Below, piece by piece: positions 1 through 10,086 of a stretch of DNA of 64,000 bases. Source of the DNA: Naegleria gruberi (lineage: Eukaryota); NCBI GenBank assembly GCA_000004985.1, contig GG738872.1; one strand, given 5' to 3'. The notes under the pieces are model-generated. The model did not search any database and was not told where the DNA came from. It saw nothing but the letters and a program-made list of their open reading frames with translations. Made by a program: the position numbers and the translations under genes. Positions within the stretch are counted from its first letter, which is position 1. Every line of letters starts with the position of its first letter.

Positions 1-436
1 AAAACATTCTGTACCTTACATCTTCAATCATTGAAATGGTTTTTCCATCTATAAAGGGATTCATATGAAAACTCTCATTAATTGATGGTATAAAATATTT
101 ATCCTTATTAGAGAATAATTGAAGTGCCAAGCAAAAGTTTGGGCTCATTTTCGATGCCCTTAAATTGAGGGAAATATTTCGTATCGATGTATCCTGAATA
201 AAATCATCAATACTCCACAGGAATCTTATCGGATCCGAATGATGCCTCACAAAACATTGTTCCTTTCCGTATACAGCATCTTGATAGGTAGCATTATTAA
301 TATTATCTGTCATACTGCTTTCTAATTGAGTAATATTAGCTAATAAAAATCCGCAATCATTGAGGTAGGGATAAAGTACTAGTAGTACGTTCAATAAAAT
401 CAGCCAACAAGTTTTAGGGTGCCTGTGAGATTTCAT
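1..436 (-). CDS. Partial CDS (3' part runs off the window) for a protein with an N-terminal signal peptide or signal anchor; function unknown.
   Basis: ATG at 436..434 (minus strand) opens a stop-free frame to position 1: MKSHRHPKTCWLILLNVLLVLYPYLNDCGFLLANITQLESS... The hydrophobic N-terminus looks like a signal anchor. It is absent from the ORF track, presumably because there is no stop inside the window. Confidence 0.3.
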   Translation of the reverse strand, partial: MKSHRHPKTCWLILLNVLLVLYPYLNDCGFLLANITQLESSMTDNINNATYQDAVYGKEQCFVRHHSDPIRFLWSIDDFIQDTSIRNISLNLRASKMSPNFCLALQLFSNKDKYFIPSINESFHMNPFIDGKTISMIEDVRYRMF

Positions 437-1402
437 GTGATGATATTTTTATTAAGCCTCGTCGTGTTCATGCTATAAAATTCTTACTTTCTGAGTGGTG
501 GAAGCACCGTTTGGGCTGTTGGTGGCTAAACTAGTGCGCAAGTAAGGATAAATAGCGCCTTAATATGGTTCATGAGTACACTTTTGTTCCTTGGATTTGA
601 ACTAGAGGTACTCTTAGAACAATGGTGAATATATGATAATGTCTTGAACTCATTCAAAAACAAACCATTTAATAATTTGTAATTTACATACTTGATGTAG
701 AACAAGGAAATGGTGTTACATGATGAAAATAATAAATTTAATTATTTGATGAACATCCTCGAATTAAAATGTTCCTAACCACTTCGCATTGTTATATTCT
801 TGATGATTGCTCACACCTCATAAAGGTTTCCAGACATGAATCCACAAAATGCTTCCCAGTGTTGCTGTTGAAAATCAACAAAGAGAAAGGCTGTACTTTT
901 GTTGCAGAATTTTTCTTGTTGCATATTTTTTAATATTTTTTAAAAAAATATTCAACAATAATCCCTGTATCATTACCATAGCTTAAAGATCAGGGTTTCA
1001 TGCAAACACCAACCTTTCACATCATCCCAACATTATCATCTATGTAGTAGTAATAATAGTAATTTTTATTTCTGGATTATCGTCATGAAATTTATTTTGC
1101 AAGATTGGAAACACTTTAATTTTTGCTGCTATTTCAAAATCTGCAACCTAAATTACATTCAATTACTAACACAATTACTAACAACCAGTTACATTGACTA
1201 ATGGATGAGTTGCTCGATATTACAAAACATGAACCAGGTTTGTGTCCAGAAACAAAAATCAGTTCATGCAAGAATTTAATTTCAATTGGCCACCACACGA
1301 ACTACTTTCTAAAAATATCAATCTTGCTTTAAAACAAGTATAAAAAACAAAGAAGAGGTTTGAATTCAAGAAAAACAATAAGAAAAAAAACAAGACAACA
1401 AA

Positions 1403-1861
1403 ATGCAATTATTTGTCAAGACACTCACTGGAAGAACTATCACTTTGGAAGTAGAATCTAATGATTCAATTGAAAATGTGAAAAGAAAAGTACAAGATAA
1501 GGAAGGAATTTCACCAGATCAACAAAGACTCATCTTTGCTGGAAAACAATTGGAAGATGGCAGAACTATTAATGATTACAACATTCAAAAGGATTCAACT
1601 CTTCATTTGGTGTTGAGATTAAGAGGAGGAATGCAACTTTTTGTAAAAACCTTAACTGGAAAGACCATTACAATTGAAATGGAATCGAATGATACTGTTG
1701 AGAATATGAAACAAAAGATATTTGATAAGGAAGGTATTCCTTCAGATCAACAACGATTGATTTATGCCGGTAAGCAATTGGAAGATGGAAGAACTATTGG
1801 CGATTACAATCTTCAAAAGGATTCAACTGTGCATTTAGTATTGAGATTGAGAGGTGGTTAA
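1403..1861 (+). CDS. Tandem di-ubiquitin with two non-identical, divergent ubiquitin repeats ending in GG followed by a stop.
   Basis: 152 aa as two 76-aa units: [76 protein letters not shown] and [77 protein letters not shown]6/K11/K27/K29/K33/K48/K63 and the LRLRGG tail are conserved. The repeats differ from canonical ubiquitin and from each other at both nucleotide and amino-acid level. A-rich leader: caacaaaATG. Confidence 0.85.
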   Translation: MQLFVKTLTGRTITLEVESNDSIENVKRKVQDKEGISPDQQRLIFAGKQLEDGRTINDYNIQKDSTLHLVLRLRGGMQLFVKTLTGKTITIEMESNDTVENMKQKIFDKEGIPSDQQRLIYAGKQLEDGRTIGDYNLQKDSTVHLVLRLRGG

Positions 1862-2079
1862 ATAAGCAGAGTATCATAGATTCTCTCTATTATTATAAAT
1901 AAATCATTGAAATGTTCGATAAGAATTAATGAAACCAAAATTAACATCAAGCAATAACAAAGACCGTAATGGGATTGTAATGCATTCCTGGCAGGCTTTC
2001 CGTTGAAAATAATAATTGAAAATATTCACATGTGACAAATGATGATCTGTTTATGATTATTATTTTGAAAAAAAGGAAT

Positions 2080-2198
2080 GACTACGGCCATATCACGATG
2101 AATGCACCTCATCCCGTCCGATTTGAGAAGTTAAGCATCGTCGAGCCACATCAGTACTGAGGTTGGAGACAACTTGGGAACCTGTGGTTGCTGTAGTC
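2080..2198 (+). rRNA. 5S ribosomal RNA gene, a single dispersed copy.
   Basis: gactacggccatatcacgatgaatgcacctcatcccgtccgatttgagaagttaagcatcgtcgagccacatcagtactgaggttggagacaacttgggaacctgtggttgctgtagtc matches the eukaryotic 5S consensus blocks (GGCCATA-C, CCCGTCCGAT, GAAGTTAAGC, AGTACT, GGGAA-CC-G-G-TGCTGTAG). The 5' and 3' ends pair (gactacggc/gctgtagtc). It is followed by a T-run. Confidence 0.85.
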
Positions 2199-2202
2199 TT
2201 TT
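2199..2202 (+). terminator. Probable Pol III oligo-T terminator immediately after the 5S rRNA gene.
   Basis: tttt directly follows the 5S 3' end (...ctgtagtc|ttttaagtttt). Confidence 0.45.
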
Positions 2203-2476
2203 AAGTTTTCATTAGTTATCTACTGAAATGAGAAGAATCAATATCAACCTTATATTGGAGATGTATATCATTCTTCTCCATTACACAACTTCACAAAATT
2301 GTCAGTGATTTTAACTCGGCCTAAAATCCTGTAAATATATTAGGATTATATTGTAATTTTGTTGATCTTTAATGTGAAATTAATAAAGTACTGTTTTTAT
2401 ATTTTTGGAAAGTTGCTTAATTGGGAAAATTGTTTAGATGATTTCTTAATACGAAATGAAATAAACATTGAAAAAA

Positions 2477-3573
2477 ATGATTCGAGGCACAAAGAAGATT
2501 TTTAAACAAGCCAGTAACAAAATCAAATTCTGGTTTCAAGGAAAGACTGTGGACAATTATTTCACCCTGAAAAATCCTCATCATCATGATCAGATTAATG
2601 AAATCGAAAGATCAACTGAGGGAAATACCAAATATTGGCTCCAAATCACCTTGTACTATCTCTTGGAGTATTTAATTCCCTTTCTTTGTATAGCACTCCT
2701 ATTTTCAGTTCTATTTTCTGGAATTCCCACTTATTCAGTGCCTTACTTTCGATTGGATGATCCTGAATTGAGTTATCCGATTACTTTCGACTCGAGTGGT
2801 GGAATACATGATAGTTTGTCACTGTGGTTCGTTGCTGTGGTGTTTGTGTTTGCAATTCCAGTGTGTACATTTGTGCTTTTTCACTTGTTGTTTGTGAGGA
2901 ACTTTCCAGACTTTCATCACGCCATGCTTGGATATATTCAAACTATAGCTCTTGCTATGGCAATGGTGGCATTTGGATGGCTTTGCTACGGATCTTACAG
3001 ACCTACATTTTTACAGGAATGTCAACCAGACATGTCCAAAATTGAGTCAATAATCAAGTCATCTCTCCAAAAATTCTTAAATATTCGCAAGTATTTTAAA
3101 CCAAATCAGATTTGCAAAGATCCTTCCAGATTCACACTTGGTTCTCCTTTTGCCACTCCTAGTTTTCCCTCAGGGCAAATTGCCTCAGTAATGTCTGTTT
3201 GGGTCTACTTTCTATTATATTATGCAGCCAAAGTAAATGTAAGTTTCATTTTCAAAATATATAGAGCTTCATTCAATACAAGACATGGAACAGAAGAAGA
3301 GGGCAATTCTTCAAAGTCATCCTATTCTTCCTCCTATTTCTGGTGCCAGTTTGGGTGGGCGTGTCGAGAATTGTCACTAATAGACATACTGTAGCTCAGG
3401 TCATTGTTGGTGGTTTGATTGGTATTATTTCTGCACTATTAGTTTACAGATACAAGTATTGCTCACTGTTTGGTATTGATGCCAAAACTCCAAATTATTA
3501 TTTGTGGTATAGATTGTATCCTCAAAAGAATCCACAAGTAGAAACTTCCCTCCAACCAAATACCATTCCATAA
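2477..3573 (+). CDS. Lipid phosphate phosphatase of the PAP2 superfamily, multi-pass membrane protein; join(2477..3238,3265..3573) with a 26-nt intron.
   Basis: PAP2 motif C1 K(x6)RP-like (GSYRPTFLQEC); C2 as SFPSGQIASVMS, i.e. PSGQ where PSGH is canonical; C3 as SRIVTNRHTVAQVIVGGLIG (SR(x5)H(x3)D-like). Several TM helices. Intron gtaagtttcattttcaaaatatatag (3239..3264) joins the 2468..3394 and 3343..3573 ORFs in frame. The track's 'M' at 2468 is TTG; the first ATG is at 2477 (MIRGTKK...). Confidence 0.7.
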
Positions 3574-4596
3574 GATGATGAAATTCCAATAGAGAAGTTT
3601 GTTATGTTATTAATATCAATCATGTAGGTAATTGTTTTATTATTCAATTTCATTGGCTCCTCCCAACTAATGAACCTTCGGGTTGCAATTTGGGAATGAA
3701 TTTTAGAGCACCTATTGAAATGTCACGCATAAAACAACAACTTGTACATCATCAATATTGATAATAATTGAAAGTATGGTAGCAGTAGTATAAGTTTAAC
3801 GAGCAAGGAGATTGATATTACATATTGTTACATTGTCCTCAGCCTATTACAAAATCTAATTATTATTATTAAACAATTATCATTCATCATCAAATATTAA
3901 ATATTAAATATACAAAAATTATGAAACTCTACATTCTAATAGATAACACAACTTTGGAGTAGATATGCAACAATACATAATATACATATTAATATTAAAT
4001 AAACCTTGCTCTATCTTTGTCAGGTTCCGCCCTCACATTCACTACCATCTTTAACTTGATATTTGTCATCGTTACGATGATCATCCGCGTGCTCGGAATC
4101 CTTCTTCATGAACAATTCCATCACCAATTGAATAATCACAAACACGATGGCAATATAACAACTTAATCACGCCATTTTAAAGTTCTTTTTGATATTTTTT
4201 TTAAAGATATTTTGTTCAATATTTTACAAAAAATTATAAATTGGATGTTTAATACTACATTAAGGGAAATGCCAGTTGTCTATTGTTGAGAATGACCAAA
4301 GAATGAAGTCAACTGTGTAATGAGGTCAGTATGAAGAGAGGAATTGGAAACAGAGGGAAGTGAAAATTAATTGGATCTTTATTTACAAAAAGAAATGATT
4401 GTTTGATTTAGGAAGTTTTTCTGTTGATGTTCAACGTCAGCTGTCCTTCAAAAATTCACTTACCCTTCTTGTGTTTGTTGACATTTCAAAAAAAATTGCA
4501 AGTCATTTATCCTATTCACAACCTTCACCACCTTCCTCACTGAAAATCTAGTCATCATCATTATAACAACAAAATTTCACCTGCCAAACATCACAA

Positions 4597-5949
4597 ATGA
4601 CAAGTAGTATCCTCAATGATGTTCCCATCTCGGAAAGAAAACGTAAAAAAGCTTCCTGTGGCAAAATATGTTGCCGTCTCATGATCTGTCTCTTAATTTT
4701 TGCTTTAATTTTAATAGCTGTCATTGCTGCTATAATTTTAATTGCTTGGTTCACTTTGGGAAGTGTTTTATGGGACGTGGCTTTTGCTGTTGATATTAAA
4801 ACTGATTGTGATGAATTTAGAGGAAATTCACCATCCAATTTTACGATTAATTATCGTTGTCCATATTTTATTCAACCTACTTCACAGTGGACTGAAAAAT
4901 TGGCACCATATTTTGTGGATTCAGCAAATTTGGAAACTGTCGATTTTTATAGTAGAGATGCTTCGTGGATTGAAGGTGGAATTGGTAAGTTTGTTTTATT
5001 TCAATCACATAATGGAAAGATTACAATATTTTTTTCACACATTGTACAAAAAAGGAAAGGCACATATTGTTGCAACCTTGTACAAACAGGCAGTGATTAA
5101 TGAAACTTCTAAATTCATTGTAACAATTCATGGTTATAGAGTTTGTAGATATAGATATGAAACAATGTTAGCAAGTACAATGCTTTACAAAATGGGTTAC
5201 AATGTTTTACAAATTGATTTGAGAAATCATGGAGATTCTGGAGTTTTCTCTAAAATACCATATGTTACTTTTGGAAGTTTTGAACATTTGGATGCTTTGG
5301 GAGCTGTTGATTATCTTCAACAAAGATATCCATTTTTGGGAAATAATTCATTTGGATTATTTGGTACTTCAATGGTATGTTTACAAGATTGTTTACAAAA
5401 TATTTAAAAAATTTACAAAATAATGAAATATATAATTATTAGGGTGGTGCCACTTCACTTGTTGCATTTGCCAAGGATAAGAGATTTAAGGTTGCCTTTG
5501 TAGATAGTCCTCCATGTGATGTCTATCAAACAATTTATTACGGAGCTCAAGCTATTGCTGGTAATTCATTGGCAGATGTTGCTATGAATTCAATTAGGAG
5601 TGTGTTACCAGTTAAATCTCCATTAATGGGCTTCCCACCATTTTACAATGATGTAAAGGAATTATTGAATGGAGTTGACTTGTCGAATGGACGTAAAATA
5701 TTCTTCATGCATATTGAGGATGATATTGTAGTGCCAACTTTCAATTATTACACTTGTAGAAATGCTACAATGAAATCAATTACAGCCAATGGATATCCAG
5801 AAACTAATATGGAATCTTTCTTAGGAACTGTCGATTATCCATTCACTAATAGAACTAGAACTTATTGTAATAAGCATTTGGCTTATCAATTCTTGAATTT
5901 GGACTCGTTTTATAGCATGTTACAAAAGTTTTTCAAGGCCAATTTATAA
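4597..5949 (+). CDS. Alpha/beta-hydrolase-fold serine hydrolase (esterase/lipase-like) with an N-terminal TM anchor; join(4597..4984,5055..5374,5443..5949).
   Basis: N-terminal TM (CCRLMICLLIFALILIAVIAAIILIAW). HGYRVCRYRYETMLASTMLYKMGYNVLQIDLRNHGDSG is typical of alpha/beta hydrolases. The nucleophile elbow G-T-S-M-G-G (GxSxG) forms only after removing the 5375..5442 intron (gtatgt...attattag). The first intron, 4985..5054 (gtaagt...aaaaaag), was chosen by phase. The C-terminal exon gives GGATSLVAFAKDKRFKVAFVDSPPCD... Confidence 0.6.
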
Positions 5950-5983
5950 ATATGGTGCTGTTGTATATTAATTTTAACTGTGC

Positions 5984-7414
5984 TTAGTTATTGTACTCAT
6001 CGTAGAATACTGATTCTCTATTGACAAGATTTAAGGTAGCCTTTGGCTCTGTCGAAATCTCTTCCAGGCAGTAATCTTCCAATACATCTTCACTGAAATA
6101 GGAAAGAATTAATTCTTCACACAATTCATCACTTTCAAATTTTTGATCCCCAGAAATGAACAAATGTTGAACTGAGGAGTTTCTAAGGAAAGATGTGTTC
6201 TTGTTTTCCTGTAAATAGTCAATCATGTGTAATGGAGTGGTACTGTCAAGTACTAAATGGGTCAAGTGATTAACAGTTCTGAGATGTTGAAAACATTCAC
6301 CACGTATGCTCGACAAATCACCAGTAATATCCAAACATTCCAAATATTCGAGTTCTTTGAATATTCTTGAAATAATATTGTCTGAGAGGTGGGACTTTAC
6401 TTCCGTATTTGCTTCCGTATTTGCTGTTTGTTGTATGTCGATAATAAGAGTTTTGAGATTTTTCATTTTGAGAATATGCTCAATAATTTCTATATCCAAA
6501 TTGGTAGATTCCCTTATTTCTAGGTATTCAATTTGTTTAGGATAGAATGATAGGAACCAATTTCCAAAAATCAAATTGCATCTCTCCATGACAACTTTTT
6601 TCAATTTCTTTGATTTAAAAAGTGTTGATTTGATTGTTTTAGGATTTGAAGTATTGGTTGTAGAAAAATCACAATATGTTAATCCAGACAAGTAAACTTC
6701 TTCCAATTGTTGAAAATGAAAATCTGTTGGGACAACATATCCTTTTGCTGGACCGCACAGCATATTTTCTGAACTATTGACAGTTAATCTCTTTAGAGTT
6801 TTGTATGTTTTCTTTTTGATTGACTCTAATTCAAGTTCTAATATTCCTGTTTGTTTGAGTGTTAATTCTTCAATGACAGGGCACATTGATAATACTTTAG
6901 AAATAACATCTGCAGAGGACGAATCAACATGATTTGCTCTCAAAATTTTCAAGTTTGGCAATTTTCTAGTTTGCAATAAATACATGTAATCAGTTACCAT
7001 AGAATCATTACCATCAAAATCAATTATCAAATTATACCAATAATCACCAGTATTTTGGATAATCTTTTTGATTCTTTCCACATCTTTCACATCATACTTT
7101 AAATTAATATCAATCACTCTTTCAACACGTCTCTTCTTTCTTCCCAAATCAACAAATGGCCTCTTGAAATGACAATATGCAACATTTCTCCAAAGCAAAT
7201 AATCATTCGGATCTTGATCTTGATTCCCCTGATGATCATCAAATGGCAAAATAATTGAATGAAAATATTTACAAACTCTTGCCAAAGGAATCAACTCGAA
7301 TAATGTAACAAACGACAATATTGATGTAATATTCTCGATCGGGAGATTCAACAAATGTACATCATGAGATGATCTTTCTGATGATGAATTTTCCCCTTCA
7401 TGTGATGCCGCCAT
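5984..7414 (-). CDS. F-box / leucine-rich-repeat protein, 476 aa, single exon.
   Basis: N-terminal F-box LLNLPIENITSILSFVTLFELIPLARVCKYFHSII, then L-rich repeats (LKTLIIDIQ, LEYLECLDITGDL, LTHLVLDS...). ATG confirmed at 7414..7412. A short in-frame duplication (ttccgtatttgc x2) gives ANTEANTE. Confidence 0.65.
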   Translation of the reverse strand: MAASHEGENSSSERSSHDVHLLNLPIENITSILSFVTLFELIPLARVCKYFHSIILPFDDHQGNQDQDPNDYLLWRNVAYCHFKRPFVDLGRKKRRVERVIDINLKYDVKDVERIKKIIQNTGDYWYNLIIDFDGNDSMVTDYMYLLQTRKLPNLKILRANHVDSSSADVISKVLSMCPVIEELTLKQTGILELELESIKKKTYKTLKRLTVNSSENMLCGPAKGYVVPTDFHFQQLEEVYLSGLTYCDFSTTNTSNPKTIKSTLFKSKKLKKVVMERCNLIFGNWFLSFYPKQIEYLEIRESTNLDIEIIEHILKMKNLKTLIIDIQQTANTEANTEVKSHLSDNIISRIFKELEYLECLDITGDLSSIRGECFQHLRTVNHLTHLVLDSTTPLHMIDYLQENKNTSFLRNSSVQHLFISGDQKFESDELCEELILSYFSEDVLEDYCLEEISTEPKATLNLVNRESVFYDEYNN

Positions 7415-7598
7415 TTTTTTCTGTTTAAAAATCTCAATTTCTGCTATTTAGTGGAAATCAAAAAAGTGGATTTCTATCAGTAATTGTAAAGTATTGAGAC
7501 AACCTTGAACTGAACATTTGTAAATATGTTGTGTATTGAAATCTTATTGTAAAGTTGAAAAAGTTGCTGTGGTGCACTAAAGATTCTCATAAAAAAAA

Positions 7599-9351
7599 AT
7601 GCAAAAGCTCATTTCGACTTTTTTTCGATCATCTCCCGAATCAAGTGCCAGCTTTGACACTTCAGAAAAACCAAAACCAAGACTTCATAACCAAGGTGAT
7701 TCCAAGGCGATTGTATTCCTAGGAACAGGTGGTTCAGGAAAGTGTACGTAAAAAGTTTACAACAATTATTTATTCAACAATTTTTAATTTGTTTTGTAAA
7801 TGTTAAATAGCTGCAATTTTTGTACAAATGTTTATAGAGAAGGATGATTTGGAAAAGAGAAGAACCATTCTACATGAAACAATTTTGGAATATTTTGACA
7901 TGGTTTCAATTAATACTTCTTTTGGGAATGCTCAAGCTTGCACGAAAATGGATGAATTTTTCGAGGAATATTCTAGATCGGGACCAAAGACGCTATCGGC
8001 AAGCAAGTTTTGGACTCAGGATTTTGCAGATAATTTGTTCGAGTTGTTTTACGATTCTGGATTTCAAGATTTGATTCACCAAAACCGTTCGAAACTCTAT
8101 TTACACGAGAATATTGCCTATTTCATGAGGAAGAAGAATTTTGAGAGGATTAAACACTTGTCCAAACTCAACATTGAAGATTTATTGCGAATAATGATTA
8201 AAACCTCTGGCATCTCATCATTTTCTCCAATTAAAGGAATAACCCTGTGTGATACTGGTGGACAAAGAACTGAAAGAAAAAAATGGAATAAGATTATAAG
8301 TAATCATGGCAGCAATATTGTAGAATGTCTGGTTGTTTCATTGGCAGAGTTTGATGAGGTTTGCTATGAGGACGATGTCACTAACAGGTATGAGGAAAGC
8401 TTGACTTGTTTTAGGGAGGAATTTGTGAATACAAAAGACTTGACCATTCTCTTTACAAAATATGAAGTGTTGAAAAGGAAGGTTTCTGATGGTGTTCGAT
8501 TTTCGGATTATGTTTCAGAGTTTAGTGGAAATGATTCGAATGTAGAGGAAGTTAGAGATTTTATTATTGGAAAGTATGTGGAATTGGATACGGAGAAGAA
8601 GATTAGAAAGTTTATTGTGGTTAATTCTGCATTTGATCATTTGGAATTGCAACAGGTTTTTAATGAAATTACCGAAACTAATTCATTCGATTCATATTTT
8701 GATGAATATTTGAAGAAACTTGATTTGGAAAAGCAAACTGGTGGTGATGTTGGAGAAGGAATACATGAAAATATTGAGAAGTGGACAGCCAGACCATTAT
8801 TGGAAGATGAAATTCTACAAATTTCCAACTTTTTGGAACTTGATGACTTGCTTAATATGAACCAAGTTTGTAAAATGTGGAATCATGTGACTTATAGAGC
8901 ATCTCTGATATTGAGAAGACCAAATCTCGATTTGTTTATCAATTCAGGTTATGAATTTGTTAAGAGCTTGACTCTTCAATCGAGATTTGTACAGAAAAGA
9001 CACATTGAGGCTCTTACTCAACCAAAATTTGCACAATTGGAATATTTAGATTTGCGAAATAATTATCTATTGAGACAAGAAGATTTTGATAAGTTATTTG
9101 GAAAAACTGATTTTAAACATCTAAAAACGCTCTTGTTGGATTATGTTGCATTACAGGATTTGAAATTTCTTCAAAATTCTGCGTATTTGAGACTGCATGT
9201 TCTTTCTTTGAATGGAGTGAAAGGAATTAGCACAGAACAGGTTATTCAGCTCATCAAGTCTCCAAGCTGTCAAGAACTGAAGGAGGTCAACACTAAAAAT
9301 TGCCCAAACACTAATACAGAGATTCTCAAAAAAGAGTTGAAAGTTCCGTGA
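7599..9351 (+). CDS. Fusion protein of a degenerate heterotrimeric G-alpha-like domain with F-box and LRR domains; join(7599..7743,7811..9351), about 562 aa.
   Basis: Exon 1 (MQKLISTFF...AIVFLGTGGSGK) supplies a G-alpha P-loop. A 67-nt intron (gtacgt...ttaaatag, 7744..7810) joins in phase to SAIFVQMFIEKDD... (G-alpha GESGKSTxxKQM). Switch II is DTGGQRTERKKW (compare DVGGQRSERKKW). NKxD is degenerate (ILFTKYEV). The Arg finger is lost (LRIMIKTSGI where RTRVKTTGI is expected). TCAT is degenerate (NSAF). C-terminal F-box EILQISNFLELDDLLNMNQVCKMWNHV, then LRRs. Confidence 0.6.
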
Positions 9352-9446
9352 CAAGATTTACACCATGACATACAATTACCATAAATTTTAAAGGCACCTT
9401 ATTTACAAAATAAAATTAAATTAAATTTTAGCTTTTTTAAAACTGT

Positions 9447-9519
9447 TGCTGACGGACGGGATCGAACCGGCGACCAATGGCTTATTAGACCAACGCTCTA
9501 CCGACTGAGCTACGCCAGC
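9447..9519 (-). tRNA. tRNA-Ile with anticodon AAU.
   Basis: Reverse complement reads GCTGGCGTAGCTCAGTCGGTAGAGCGTTGGTCTAATAAGCCATTGGTCGCCGGTTCGATCCCGTCCGTCAGCA. Cloverleaf with a 7/7 acceptor stem, D-arm GCTC/GAGC, anticodon loop CTAATAA and T-loop TTCGATC. One C-U mismatch in the T stem and a U-U at 27:43, hence not full confidence. Confidence 0.7.
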
Positions 9520-10086
9520 TTCACATTGAATATTATGCTTAAATGCTCCGGCTTAAATACCACAATTTTGACAGCTCACACAAGTAAAATAGATTTTAAG
9601 ATTTAGTAAAACTTAAGTACAAGCTATAGCTTTGAAAATACATTTCAAAGGTCTGTATCTTTAGCGCTAAAGATCTTTCCCTTGTCCCTTCTTGCTCAGA
9701 CTTGTAGGAATCTAATTAAGGTGGGCTGTTAGTTGGTTGATTGGATTGTGAGTTTGATTTTGTTGTGATTGTTGAGACATTTTTGTTTGGGCAATTGATG
9801 TTGATAACATGTTCCACTACAACAGTTACACAACCAAAAGTAATTAAATATTCACCCAATCAAATAATTCCCTATTTTACAAATCTCTTCTGTTTCAATT
9901 TCCAATTGTTGCTTGGACACAACAATACAAATTTAATCACAAATTGTAAACTTGACACACGAACTGTATTCTTTTGCGTAAAAGGAACTTCCATCTCATT
10001 GAATAGTCATCGTCCTTTCATGTAAATTAGGCAGTGATCTACTATTCAAATTGCTAAAAAAAATAAAAAACAACATAACCATCAAG

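Noticed and set aside
2468-2476. Start positions taken at face value from the ORF track (2468, 10051, 24853, 29618, 39083, 44037, 46990, 62259, 63925 and 28135).
   Set aside because: On inspection these 'M' codons are TTG or GTG. I moved starts to the first in-frame ATG or treated the ORF as an internal exon.
2824-3045. Alternate-frame and antisense ORFs nested in confident genes (2824..3045, 6306..6545, 7844..8074, 8637..8828, 16861..17169, 17336..17798, 20185..21179, 34453..38148 small ORFs, 50812..52047, 62651..63572, etc.).
   Set aside because: These are shadow ORFs inside genes whose main frame has clear homology.
4548-4838. 96-aa minus-strand ORF overlapping the start of the alpha/beta hydrolase gene.
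   Set aside because: It is antisense to a well-supported coding exon, AT-rich and low-complexity, with no start context.
9741-10025. 94-aa ORF just upstream of the mucin-like gene.
   Set aside because: It has no start context or homology and overlaps the probable promoter/5' UTR of the downstream gene.
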